Source: Nitrospirota bacterium (GTDB taxonomy: Bacteria > Nitrospirota > Thermodesulfovibrionia > Thermodesulfovibrionales > Dissulfurispiraceae). Taken from it: a stretch of 64,000 nt of DNA. The position numbers and the translations under genes are program-made. The DNA lies in the NCBI GenBank assembly GCA_963790025.1, contig CAWBMP010000005.1, forward strand, positions 256,001 through 320,000. The letters run 5' to 3'. The notes beneath the pieces were generated by a model. That model saw only the letters and a list, made by a program, of their open reading frames with translations, was not told the origin of the DNA and searched no databases. Positions within the stretch are counted from its first letter, which is position 1; the number at the start of each line of letters is the position of its first letter. Shown piece by piece: positions 9,751-18,743 of the stretch.

Positions 9751-9942
9751 TTACATCCCTTTATCTTGACCCTTTTCAGTAAAGAAATGCATAAGAAATT
9801 CCGCGTCTTTCGGCGGCAAATCAAACTTCAGGCAAGCCTTCTCAATCAACTTGAGCAGGGTAGCTCCTGGATTATCAATACGCTGATCCGAAATCCACTT
9901 GATTGCCCTTCTAAGTGGTTCCCCCTCAGGAAGAATGCTCAT
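9751..9942 (-). CDS. Small helical hypothetical protein (63 aa)
   Basis: MSILPEGEPLRRAIKWIS...KFDLPPKDAEFL; GGGGGTGGG upstream of ATG 9942. Confidence 0.65.
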   Translation of the reverse strand: MSILPEGEPLRRAIKWISDQRIDNPGATLLKLIEKACLKFDLPPKDAEFLMHFFTEKGQDKGM

Positions 9943-10019
9943 AACGTTTCCCACCCCCAAAAAACTTTATTGATTATCCACATGATTATATCATGATCTA
10001 ACGGTATCGGGTAAAGCCC

Positions 10020-10073
10020 GGCAGCGGGTCAGTCTGTTTTTCCTCTGGATCACAAACAAACTGACCCACTGCC
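10020..10073. repeat. Minimal copy of the MITE family (two ends joined head to head)
   Basis: GGCAGCGGGTCAGTCTGTTTTTCCTCTGGAT...AAACAAACTGACCCACTGCC; similar to the ends of 52804..52975. Confidence 0.65.
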
Positions 10074-10077
10074 GGGC

Positions 10078-10107
10078 TTGACAGTGAACAATCGTTCACC
10101 TTATAAT
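10078..10107 (+). promoter_or_regulatory. Consensus sigma-70 promoter with a LexA operator in the spacer
   Basis: TTGACA (10078) - 18 nt - TATAAT (10102); the spacer holds the palindrome GTGAAC-aatc-GTTCAC (10084-10099). Confidence 0.85.
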
Positions 10108-10113
10108 GCAGAT

Positions 10114-10707
10114 ATGCCGGGAAATGCAGAGGAAGACAAGGTGCGGGGCAGGATCAGAGATATAGCTGTTTTCTTGGACAAAAACGGCAGGATGCCGAGT
10201 TTCTCTGAAATCGGGGTGATAGTAGGGCTGCGCTCAAAAAACGCGGTTTTTAAACTTGTGAACACGCTGGAACAAAAGGGAGTGATAAAAAGAGATCCCA
10301 AAGGGCGTCTCATACCACGCTCTATTGGTGAGCCGGTAAGGGTACTCGGCACGGTGGAAGCAGGGTTCCCGAGTCCTGCCGAAGAGGAGCTTGCAGATAC
10401 CCTGTCGCTCGATGCACTCCTGATACAAAACCCCCAGGCCACTTTTCTGCTCAAGGTATCCGGAGACTCCATGTCCGGGGCAGGCATACTCCCCGGCGAT
10501 ATGGTGATCGTTGATAAGGGACAGGTCCCCAGGAGTGGAGATATCGTTATTGCGGAAGTTGACGGCCAATGGACCATGAAGTATCTTAAAAAAAGGGGAG
10601 ACAACGTGAGCCTTATACCGGCAAATCCCGACTATAAACCCATAAAGCCAAAAAGTGAATTGAAAATAGCTGGTGTCGTAACAGCGGTAGTTAGAAAATA
10701 TAGGTAG
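10114..10707 (+). CDS. lexA: LexA-family repressor/S24 peptidase with a UmuD-like cleavage region
   Basis: N-terminal winged HTH (MPSFSEIG...SKNAV), VEAGFPSPA cleavage loop, GDSM serine, TMK lysine. Confidence 0.85.
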   Translation: MPGNAEEDKVRGRIRDIAVFLDKNGRMPSFSEIGVIVGLRSKNAVFKLVNTLEQKGVIKRDPKGRLIPRSIGEPVRVLGTVEAGFPSPAEEELADTLSLDALLIQNPQATFLLKVSGDSMSGAGILPGDMVIVDKGQVPRSGDIVIAEVDGQWTMKYLKKRGDNVSLIPANPDYKPIKPKSELKIAGVVTAVVRKYR

Positions 10708-10713
10708 ATAATG

Positions 10714-10893
10714 AGTGTAATGAGGATATGTCTCTTCCGCTCAGGCGCTGCGTCTTGACAGTTCTAACGGCTCATTCGCTACAGTCGCAAAACTCGCCTT
10801 CGGCTCAGACACTGCGACTGCTTAACGCTCATTTCGCCGAGAACTGTTACCAAGACTCCGCGATTCGCTCCAGAGACATATCCTCATTACACT
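10714..10893. repeat. 180-bp palindromic element (MITE/REP-like)
   Basis: 22-bp perfect terminal IR AGTGTAATGAGGATATGTCTCT / AGAGACATATCCTCATTACACT with nested internal stems. Confidence 0.75.
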
Positions 10894-10914
10894 GTCTGAA
10901 TTGGAGATAACGCG

Positions 10915-12231
10915 ATGAACCCTATAACAATACGTTCATGGCCGAGGGCAATTCTTCATCTGGATGCCGATGCTTTTTTTGCATCCTGTGAGCAGGCGAT
11001 ACATCCTGAACTTAAGGGAATGCCTGTAATCACCGGCAAAGAGCGCGGCATCGTTGCCGCAGCAAGTTACGAAGCAAAAAAGCGGGGAGTAACAAGAGCG
11101 ATGAGGCTCTTCGAGGTCAAGAAAGTCTGCCCTGATGCCGTTATCCTTCCAAGTGATTATGAGACCTACAGCCTGTTTTCTCTCAGGATGTTCGAAATAC
11201 TCAGACGCTTTTCTCCTGATGTCGAGGAATACTCAATAGACGAAGCATTTGTTGACCTTACGGGTCTCAGGAGGAGCTTTCATGGCCCTTATGAAATGAT
11301 TGCAAAACGGATGCAGGAGACTATCGAGACGGAACTGGGTATTACCGTATCGATCGGCGTAAGTCTCTCAAAGGTCCTGGCAAAGATAGGTTCGAAGCAC
11401 ATGAAACCCCACGGGTTGACCATGATACCGGGCAGGGATATCCACCTTTATCTATCCAAACTGCCGGTAGGAAGCGTATGGGGAATAGGGCCTAATACTG
11501 CGGCTTTCCTGGGGAAGTTTGGAATAATCACTGCCCTTCAGTTTGCGCGGGAGGACGAACAGTTCATTAAAAAGCACCTCTCCAAACCGTATCAGGAAAT
11601 ATGGCATGAACTCAATGGAAGAAGCGTTTATCCTGTTACCCCAGAATCAAAGCGCAGCTATCAATCCATAAGCAAGACAAAGACCTTCACCCCGCCTTCC
11701 TGCGACAAGACTTTTATCTTTGCCCAACTGTCAAAAAACCTGGAGAATGCCTGCATCAAGGCCAGACGTTACAAGTTGGCGGCGACGAGACTCATTATCT
11801 TTCTCAGGACACAGGAATTCAGGGACACCGGTATTGAAATGAAGTTGAGTTGCCCTTCAGCCTACCCATCCGACCTCTTCGGTTTATTAAAAGATGGATT
11901 TAACCATATCTACCGGTCAGGCAATTCTTGTAGTCCCTACCGGCAGACAGGCGTTGTCCTTGCCGGACTTGTCCGTGATGACAGCATACAGCACACGCTA
12001 TTCGATGATCCTGCAAGGATCGAGAAGATGGCCAGGATTTACAGCGCGGTCGATCAACTTTCTGAAAAGTTCGGGAAGTACACCGTCCATCATGCAGCAA
12101 GCCTGCCGACGAAACTGCAGGCACAGCATGAGGGACAACGGGGTGATGTGCCGCATAGGGCAATGGAACTGTTCAAGGGAGAAAACAAAAGGCAGAGGCT
12201 CGGGTTGCCGGTGCTGAACATAAAAGTTTGA
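10915..12231 (+). CDS. dinB: Y-family DNA polymerase (DinB/UmuC-like)
   Basis: HLDADAFFASCE, AASYEAK, YSIDEAF, WGIG motifs; QHTLF clamp-binding-like motif. Confidence 0.9.
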   Translation: MNPITIRSWPRAILHLDADAFFASCEQAIHPELKGMPVITGKERGIVAAASYEAKKRGVTRAMRLFEVKKVCPDAVILPSDYETYSLFSLRMFEILRRFSPDVEEYSIDEAFVDLTGLRRSFHGPYEMIAKRMQETIETELGITVSIGVSLSKVLAKIGSKHMKPHGLTMIPGRDIHLYLSKLPVGSVWGIGPNTAAFLGKFGIITALQFAREDEQFIKKHLSKPYQEIWHELNGRSVYPVTPESKRSYQSISKTKTFTPPSCDKTFIFAQLSKNLENACIKARRYKLAATRLIIFLRTQEFRDTGIEMKLSCPSAYPSDLFGLLKDGFNHIYRSGNSCSPYRQTGVVLAGLVRDDSIQHTLFDDPARIEKMARIYSAVDQLSEKFGKYTVHHAASLPTKLQAQHEGQRGDVPHRAMELFKGENKRQRLGLPVLNIKV

Positions 12232-12304
12232 CATCTCCATCAGGCTGAGTGTCAGTTTGGGCCGAGATATGGTAACATAAACGCCATATCGGAAATGCCT
12301 AAGG

Positions 12305-14173
12305 ATGAGTAATAAACATAAGGATAAGCTTAGTGTTTTAGTTATCGGATCGCTCGGGGTTGTTTTCGGCGACCTTGGTACAAGCCCCTTATACACGTTG
12401 CGCGTCTGTTTTGGGGGTTTTTTTGCCATTGTCCCCTCTACGGAGAACGTATTAGGCATAGCCTCTCTTATTTTCTGGGCCTTGACCCTTGTCGTCAGTA
12501 TCAAATACTGCCTGTTCATTCTCCGTGCCGATGACGATGGCGAAGGCGGAATTTTTGCGATGCTGGGGCTGCTGCACAGCAAGATGGGGGCCAAGCTGAA
12601 TCGGAACATGATTTTATTTGCGTGTTTTGGCTCTGCACTGCTTTATGGCGATGGTCTTATCACCCCTGTCATATCCGTACTTTCTGCCCTGGAAGGACTG
12701 GAAGTGGCGACAACAAGGGCCAGGCCCCTGATTCTGCCCATGACCTGTTTCGTACTCTATTGGCTTTTCTTTCTGCAGCGCCATGGCACAGGACGTATCG
12801 GCAAATACTTCGGTCCGATCATTTGCTTATGGTTTGTCTCTATCGCTGCACTGGGAATCAACGCGATCATTGCCAGACCGGAGGTTCTTTCCGCGGTTAA
12901 TCCCGCTTACGCGGTCAGTTTTATGGTCAGAAATGGATGGCACGGATTTGTGGTCCTTGGAGCAGTGGTCCTGTGCATCACCGGCTGCGAAGCCCTGTAT
13001 CTCGACATGGGCCATTTTGGGAGAAAGGCTATTCGTATCTCATGGTATGGATTGGCACTGCCCGCCCTGTTATGTAATTATTTCGGCCAGGCCGCGCTGG
13101 TCCTTGCTGATCCGAGACAGATCGCAGACCCCTTTTATGGGTTGGTACCCGGCGCTTTGCTCTACCCGATGGTGGGTTTGGCCACGGCTGCTACGATCAT
13201 CGCTTCTCAGGCCATCGTTTCGGGTGTTTTTTCCATGACCAGGCAGGCCATGCAGTTAGGCTACATACCGCGCATGCGTGTCCTGCACACCTCTGAGATG
13301 GCCGAAGGCCAGATTTATATCCCTGTGGTGAATTTCATGATGCTCTGTGCTGCGATTTCGTTGGCCGTGGGATTTAAACAGTCAGAGAACCTGGCCGATG
13401 CTTATGGCATAGCTGTCACCGGTAACATGTTTATAACGTCCGCGCTCTTTTTTATTATCAGCAGGAAAATATGGGGGTGGAGTCTATGGAAAGCCTTGCC
13501 GCTCGTTTCGGTCTTTTGGGTGCTTGACGGTTCTTTCCTGAGCTCATGCCTGCTTAAGTTCCTGACCGGCGGCTGGTTCCCGGTGGGGACCGCACTTTGC
13601 ATAATGCTCCTGATGATAACGTGGCGGGATGGCTGGGACATTCTCGCGGAAAAGATATATGCCAAGCAGATGCGTATGGACAGTTTCGTGCAGATTGTCT
13701 CCGCTACCAAGCCTCTGCGTCTGCCAGGCACGGCCGTGTTTCTCTCCACATTTCAGACCGAAGTGCCGCCAATGCTCCAGTATCATCTGAACCATATAGG
13801 GGCCTTGCACGAGAAAGTCCTGATTCTGTCCATACTCACAATTGAGGTCCCCGAGGTCCCCGATGGGAAAAAGCTGGACATTCGAAATCTCGGTGAAGGC
13901 ATATACCGCGTGACTGCCCATACAGGATTCATGGAGACGCCTAACGTGCCTGATTTACTGGCCCTTGCCAGGTTCCATATCTGGGATATGGACCCGGCCA
14001 GCACCGTATATTATCTTGGAAAGATTTCACTGGTCCCCGGCAAACAAAAGGTCATGGACCCTGTCCGCAGGTTTTTATTCTTCTTTATGCAGCGCAATGC
14101 GCTGAGTCCGGTCGTGTACTACAGTATCCCGCCGGACCGGGTCCTGGAACTGGGCGTGCAGCTCGACTTTTAA
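12305..14173 (+). CDS. kup: KUP/HAK/KT potassium transporter
   Basis: GVVFGDLGTSPLY, ADDDGEGG, GCEALYLDMGHFG, QIYIP motifs. Confidence 0.96.
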   Translation: MSNKHKDKLSVLVIGSLGVVFGDLGTSPLYTLRVCFGGFFAIVPSTENVLGIASLIFWALTLVVSIKYCLFILRADDDGEGGIFAMLGLLHSKMGAKLNRNMILFACFGSALLYGDGLITPVISVLSALEGLEVATTRARPLILPMTCFVLYWLFFLQRHGTGRIGKYFGPIICLWFVSIAALGINAIIARPEVLSAVNPAYAVSFMVRNGWHGFVVLGAVVLCITGCEALYLDMGHFGRKAIRISWYGLALPALLCNYFGQAALVLADPRQIADPFYGLVPGALLYPMVGLATAATIIASQAIVSGVFSMTRQAMQLGYIPRMRVLHTSEMAEGQIYIPVVNFMMLCAAISLAVGFKQSENLADAYGIAVTGNMFITSALFFIISRKIWGWSLWKALPLVSVFWVLDGSFLSSCLLKFLTGGWFPVGTALCIMLLMITWRDGWDILAEKIYAKQMRMDSFVQIVSATKPLRLPGTAVFLSTFQTEVPPMLQYHLNHIGALHEKVLILSILTIEVPEVPDGKKLDIRNLGEGIYRVTAHTGFMETPNVPDLLALARFHIWDMDPASTVYYLGKISLVPGKQKVMDPVRRFLFFFMQRNALSPVVYYSIPPDRVLELGVQLDF

Positions 14174-14183
14174 TAAACGCTTA

Positions 14184-16784
14184 TTACAGTGTGTAATTAC
14201 TTTCCAGGAAACGGCCGGCATAATACTTGACCTTGGCATCATCGTGCAGGATCGCATCGAGTTGCCTTGTATAAGAAATCAACCGGCCCAGCTTGTCAAG
14301 TTTATTTTCCTGCTCAGAACGTTCTATATTGGCGAGCCTTCCAATAATCAGATCTCCCTTCGTTTTTATATTAAAACCGTACTCTTTCAAAATAATAGAA
14401 ATAAGCTCTATCCTCCTGGACCTTTTTACGATTTCGGTAGCTCCTCCGGCAAACCGGAAGTATATATGATTGTTTCTTGCCTTTTCGCTGCAATAGCAAT
14501 CTATTGTGCTGAAATGATATCCGAACTTGAGATTCATGTTGAGGTATTCCTGGGAGATAACGGCAATATTGCTTCCTGGATACCTGGCGTTACCTGAAGC
14601 AATATCAGGCATTCGCATCATGCTTGCCATAAAATCGTTTGCCGTCAAAGCAACCGGTGATGATTGCCATGCCCCCGGGTACATCATCCCCTGTAGAATA
14701 GCTTTAAAGGGAATTGAAACAACCTGTTCGAAAGTAACGCTTTCGCTCCTGTCATAGTGACCCGCGCTGCTATCCAACCCTCCGCCGATATCCACTACGA
14801 TTATTCCGGCAGGTATAGGCAGGTCCAATTTCCTTGCCGCTTGTCCTTTGAGTCCCCGCACGGCATTGTCTATGAGTTCCATCACTGCTTTCTCATGTAT
14901 GAACCTCAGGATATCATGCATGGTCTTACACCCTTCAGGCGCAAACTTTTCCATTAACGGGTCAATGAGATTAAGAGGAGTTATATACCTCAGCACATAT
15001 CTTTTCTTGCGAAATTCAAAGATATTTCCCATTGCCGGTTGGCCGGAGCGCGCGTATTCAACCATTTCGCGCAGTATCCCGTCATATACAGTCATACCAT
15101 CTTCATCATCAATAATTACCGTAACCTCTTGTCCGTGCCTAAGCAGCTGTGTTGCGTTTCCAGAATTAACAAAAGCCGGGACCATGAATTCACGACAAAG
15201 GGAAGACATGTGGCTTGTAAGCGACCCCGTATCGGTAATAATTGCGGACGCATAAGGCATGATCCGTATAAAATCAGAGGAATCATTTTTTGCCACAAGG
15301 ATGTCGCCCTTTAAAAAGCCCTCGATTCCTTCCTTGTGTTTAAATATAAAAACCCTGCCGGCGCCCACACCTTTTTGAACAACCTGACTACGCGCTTTCA
15401 TCAGGATTCCGGCCCTTTCTTCCGGCCATTCCGGAGAAAGGGCCGGTGCAGGGGTCTTGTCAACAGATGCAATATTTAATGGCCTCGCCTGAAGTATAAA
15501 TATTTTCCCTTCCCTGTCAATGGCCCATTCAATATCCTGAGGTTGCCGGAAATAGTTTTCAATTTCCGAGGCCTGTCTCGCAAGTTCCGATACCTGTTCC
15601 GAAGATAATGAACTTTCATCAACCATCCCGGCAGGGACCCCCGTTATGGTTGTACCACCCTGGTTGCCGCCCACGACCATCGAGGTCTTTTTACCCGGTC
15701 TTTTATCTATTATTTCAGGGAACAAACCTTTTCTTACAACGTAAAAGTCCGCATCTGTCCGGCCTTCAACTACTGACGTGCCCAGTCCCCATGTTGAATT
15801 TACAATGATCGTACCTTCATCCCCATTCGGGTTCGTCGAATAAATAACCCCGCTCACAGCCGCATCGACCATGACCATGCAACCAACCGCCATCTTTATG
15901 CTTCCTATCTCACTTCCCAGTTGCTGAAGATATGCAGCGGCTTTATCCGAAAACAGGCTTGCGATGACGCGCTTATACGCGTCCTGTACTGCACTGCCGT
16001 CCAAAGGCACATTCAGGACAGTTTCAAACTGTCCGGCAAACGAAAATTCGCCGTCCTCCAGCTGACCGCTGCTCCTGACAGCAAGAAAACATGTATTTCC
16101 GTGGGTCGCCCTGAGCACTGACAGGGCACTATCAAGAACGTGTTCAAGGACAGGCGGAAAACTGCCGTTAATGATCGAAGTGTATATTTCATTTAATAAC
16201 GGCGCAGGCGTGTCGCTTCCGCCCAATGCCGAAATCTTTTTGTCGATGCCATTATGCCTTATAAACTCATTGTAAGCGGAGCATGTTATGGCAAAGGCAT
16301 CAGGGATGTTGAGGGAAGTATTATTTTTCAGTTCAGCGAGATTGGCATTTTTGCCGCCGACCTCATGCGCCATGCTATGGGCAAGCTCACTATAAGGCAG
16401 CACCAATTCCCTTCTCAAGACTTCCTCATCGTAAACATGCAGCCTGATTTCTTTATCGATGGCACTCAATACATTTTTGAGATGAGGATACTTATTCTGT
16501 GTGAGGGCATTGAAGCTTGAGAGAGAATCCGAGAGCTTATCATACAGCAAGGAGTAGGTGTCCCTTATATAAATCACATCGAATATGTAGTCGCCCCCGA
16601 GTTTGTCGCCCATATCAGCGATAATCTCAATCGCCTTATTATGGGATTCGAGGACCTGCCGGAAACGGTCGAACATGACCTTGAACGGGATAGGGCGGGC
16701 GGGGAATAGTTTCCGTAGTGAATCTGTAAATGAGTGTATTAGCGAATGAGTTAACTTCAGGTCAGCGTTTTGTTTCTCACTCAT
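14184..16784 (-). CDS. PEP-synthase-like dikinase: ATP-grasp plus phospho-His swivel domain, non-canonical C-terminus
   Basis: VGGKNANLAEL, AVRSSG..ED...SFAGQF, QDIEWA, LQARPL, TGSLTSHMSSLCRE; no recognisable PEP/pyruvate TIM barrel. Confidence 0.85.
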   Translation of the reverse strand: MSEKQNADLKLTHSLIHSFTDSLRKLFPARPIPFKVMFDRFRQVLESHNKAIEIIADMGDKLGGDYIFDVIYIRDTYSLLYDKLSDSLSSFNALTQNKYPHLKNVLSAIDKEIRLHVYDEEVLRRELVLPYSELAHSMAHEVGGKNANLAELKNNTSLNIPDAFAITCSAYNEFIRHNGIDKKISALGGSDTPAPLLNEIYTSIINGSFPPVLEHVLDSALSVLRATHGNTCFLAVRSSGQLEDGEFSFAGQFETVLNVPLDGSAVQDAYKRVIASLFSDKAAAYLQQLGSEIGSIKMAVGCMVMVDAAVSGVIYSTNPNGDEGTIIVNSTWGLGTSVVEGRTDADFYVVRKGLFPEIIDKRPGKKTSMVVGGNQGGTTITGVPAGMVDESSLSSEQVSELARQASEIENYFRQPQDIEWAIDREGKIFILQARPLNIASVDKTPAPALSPEWPEERAGILMKARSQVVQKGVGAGRVFIFKHKEGIEGFLKGDILVAKNDSSDFIRIMPYASAIITDTGSLTSHMSSLCREFMVPAFVNSGNATQLLRHGQEVTVIIDDEDGMTVYDGILREMVEYARSGQPAMGNIFEFRKKRYVLRYITPLNLIDPLMEKFAPEGCKTMHDILRFIHEKAVMELIDNAVRGLKGQAARKLDLPIPAGIIVVDIGGGLDSSAGHYDRSESVTFEQVVSIPFKAILQGMMYPGAWQSSPVALTANDFMASMMRMPDIASGNARYPGSNIAVISQEYLNMNLKFGYHFSTIDCYCSEKARNNHIYFRFAGGATEIVKRSRRIELISIILKEYGFNIKTKGDLIIGRLANIERSEQENKLDKLGRLISYTRQLDAILHDDAKVKYYAGRFLESNYTL

Positions 16785-16839
16785 TTACCCGTTCACCCAT
16801 TTACCCGTTCACCCATTTACCCATTCACTCATTAACTCA

Positions 16840-17202
16840 TCAGCTCAGGGCGCGCTGTATCGATGCCTTCAGTTCTTTTATCTTTACCGGCTTTGGGAAA
16901 AAATCGTGGACGTCTCCCCTCAATGCCTCTATGGCGGTATCAAGGTTTGCAAATGCAGTAATCATTATAACCTTAATGTCAGGGTAAAGACGTTTTATGG
17001 TCCTCAGAATTTCCATACCGTCTATCCCCTTCATTTTAAAGTCGGTAACTACCACATCGAACTTCTGTTCGCCTAATCGCGCCAGTGCCGGCTCTCCATT
17101 TAAAAAAGTCTCGACTGTATAGCCTTCCTGTTCAAGAGAGAGCTTCGCCATGTCGCCAACAATTTTCTCGTCATCGATAATCATGATTCTGTGATTGCTC
17201 AT
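16840..17202 (-). CDS. Single-domain response regulator (receiver)
   Basis: IIDDE, VVTD, ITAF, PKP; GAGGAGG RBS. Confidence 0.92.
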   Translation of the reverse strand: MSNHRIMIIDDEKIVGDMAKLSLEQEGYTVETFLNGEPALARLGEQKFDVVVTDFKMKGIDGMEILRTIKRLYPDIKVIMITAFANLDTAIEALRGDVHDFFPKPVKIKELKASIQRALS

Positions 17203-17270
17203 TTGGTCCTCCTCTAATGCGTCGAGCGTTGTGCTGAGAGCATCAAACGACTTTCGACGGCAGTTGGCGC

Positions 17271-18689
17271 TTAACGCTCAGCGCTCGACGCCTGACACTC
17301 TTTATGTACAGGCAATTCTATAGTAAAGGTGGTGCCTACTCCAACTTTGCTTTCCACCCTGATATCTCCCTGATGGTTCTTGATGATTCCGTAGCTGACC
17401 GAGAGCCCGAGGCCTGTTCCGCCTTCTCCTTTTGTGCTGAAAAAAGGGTCGAATATATGAAGCAGAAATTCGGAAGGTATGCCTTTTCCGGTATCCATCA
17501 CCGTAATCTCCACGGACCCTCCGGCGCTTCCGCATCTGGTCGACATAAAAAGCTTCCCGCCATCATGCATGGCCTGGACTGCATTGGTCACAAGATTTAC
17601 CAGCACCTGCTGTATCTGGTACTGATCAATAAATACATGTGGAAGGTCCTCGGCAAGGGTCAGTTTTGTCTCGATGTTTGAGATGTCGAGCATATTTTGC
17701 ACAAGTTTGAGCGTTTTTTGAACAACTTTATTGATGTCGCTCTCTTTCAGGTTCGCCTCTTTGGGTTTTGAGAAATCGAGGAGGTTTTTTATGATCTCTT
17801 TTATCCTTTCGGTTTCATTCTCCACCTTGGCCATGAATTCAATCCTCTGAGTCTCATCCAGACTATCGTAAAGTTCCATATAGGTCTGTGCTATCATGGA
17901 AATGTTATTCACCGGATTAGTCAATTCGTGTGCCACCCCGGCGGTCAGGATGCCCAGGGATGCAAGCTTTTTTGCCTGGATCAGCGCTTCTTCACGGTTC
18001 TGCAGTTCGTAAGACATGGCATTTATTGCAGCCATAACCAGACCGAATTCATCATCGGGAAGCGCACTCTCGATTCTGCTGAAATTCCCGTCGGATATCG
18101 ATTTTGCGATTTTCTCGATTTCTCTTAGTGAGACGCGAATTTGCCGCGATATAAAATGGCTCACAAAAACAGCGCCTATAAGCACCGCGCAAAAAGAGAA
18201 AATAAGTATGCTCTTCGATTTCGATATGATTTTGTTTACGCCTTCCCGCTCAAGGCGGGTAGTGGCGCTCGAAAATTCCCGCAGCCTCTGGCCTTCCGCC
18301 CTGAATTTTGCGTCAAGAGAGGTATCGCCATGAGGGTTTTTTTCCTCTTCTTCCACAAGATCGGAATAATTTTTCAGGTCTGATTTAAGCTTTGCAAAGT
18401 TCTCTGCCCCGATAGCACGGATGATATCCGGCCTCTCACTCTCCAGAAGCAGCCCGGCGCTCTCTATTTTTTCTTTAATGTCGAGAAGAAAACTTTCTTT
18501 ATGATAAAGGAAATAGTTTTTTTCGGAAAGGCGCATTTCGAGAAAAGATGCATTCAGATCGTCCGCTATCTCAACAAATCTCAGCTTCGTCAAAATGAGA
18601 TTGAGGTTCTGCAAGGCAAAAAGACCGATCCCTAAAATCAGCCCGAAAATGAATATATTGGTAAGTATGTTTTTATTTTTTATCTTCAT
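17271..18689 (-). CDS. Membrane sensor histidine kinase (HAMP, HisKA, HATPase)
   Basis: Two TMs; GVAHELTNP H-box; NLVTNA, DTGKG, FDPFF, GTGLGL. Confidence 0.93.
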   Translation of the reverse strand: MKIKNKNILTNIFIFGLILGIGLFALQNLNLILTKLRFVEIADDLNASFLEMRLSEKNYFLYHKESFLLDIKEKIESAGLLLESERPDIIRAIGAENFAKLKSDLKNYSDLVEEEEKNPHGDTSLDAKFRAEGQRLREFSSATTRLEREGVNKIISKSKSILIFSFCAVLIGAVFVSHFISRQIRVSLREIEKIAKSISDGNFSRIESALPDDEFGLVMAAINAMSYELQNREEALIQAKKLASLGILTAGVAHELTNPVNNISMIAQTYMELYDSLDETQRIEFMAKVENETERIKEIIKNLLDFSKPKEANLKESDINKVVQKTLKLVQNMLDISNIETKLTLAEDLPHVFIDQYQIQQVLVNLVTNAVQAMHDGGKLFMSTRCGSAGGSVEITVMDTGKGIPSEFLLHIFDPFFSTKGEGGTGLGLSVSYGIIKNHQGDIRVESKVGVGTTFTIELPVHKECQASSAER

Positions 18690-18743
18690 ATCTTCGAAAA
18701 ACCTCTATCTTTCCCTCTGCCTGTCTTATCTCTTTTACCTGTC

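Noticed and set aside
14184..16784. Annotation as ppsA
   Set aside because: The C-terminal PEP/pyruvate-binding barrel is not recognisable.
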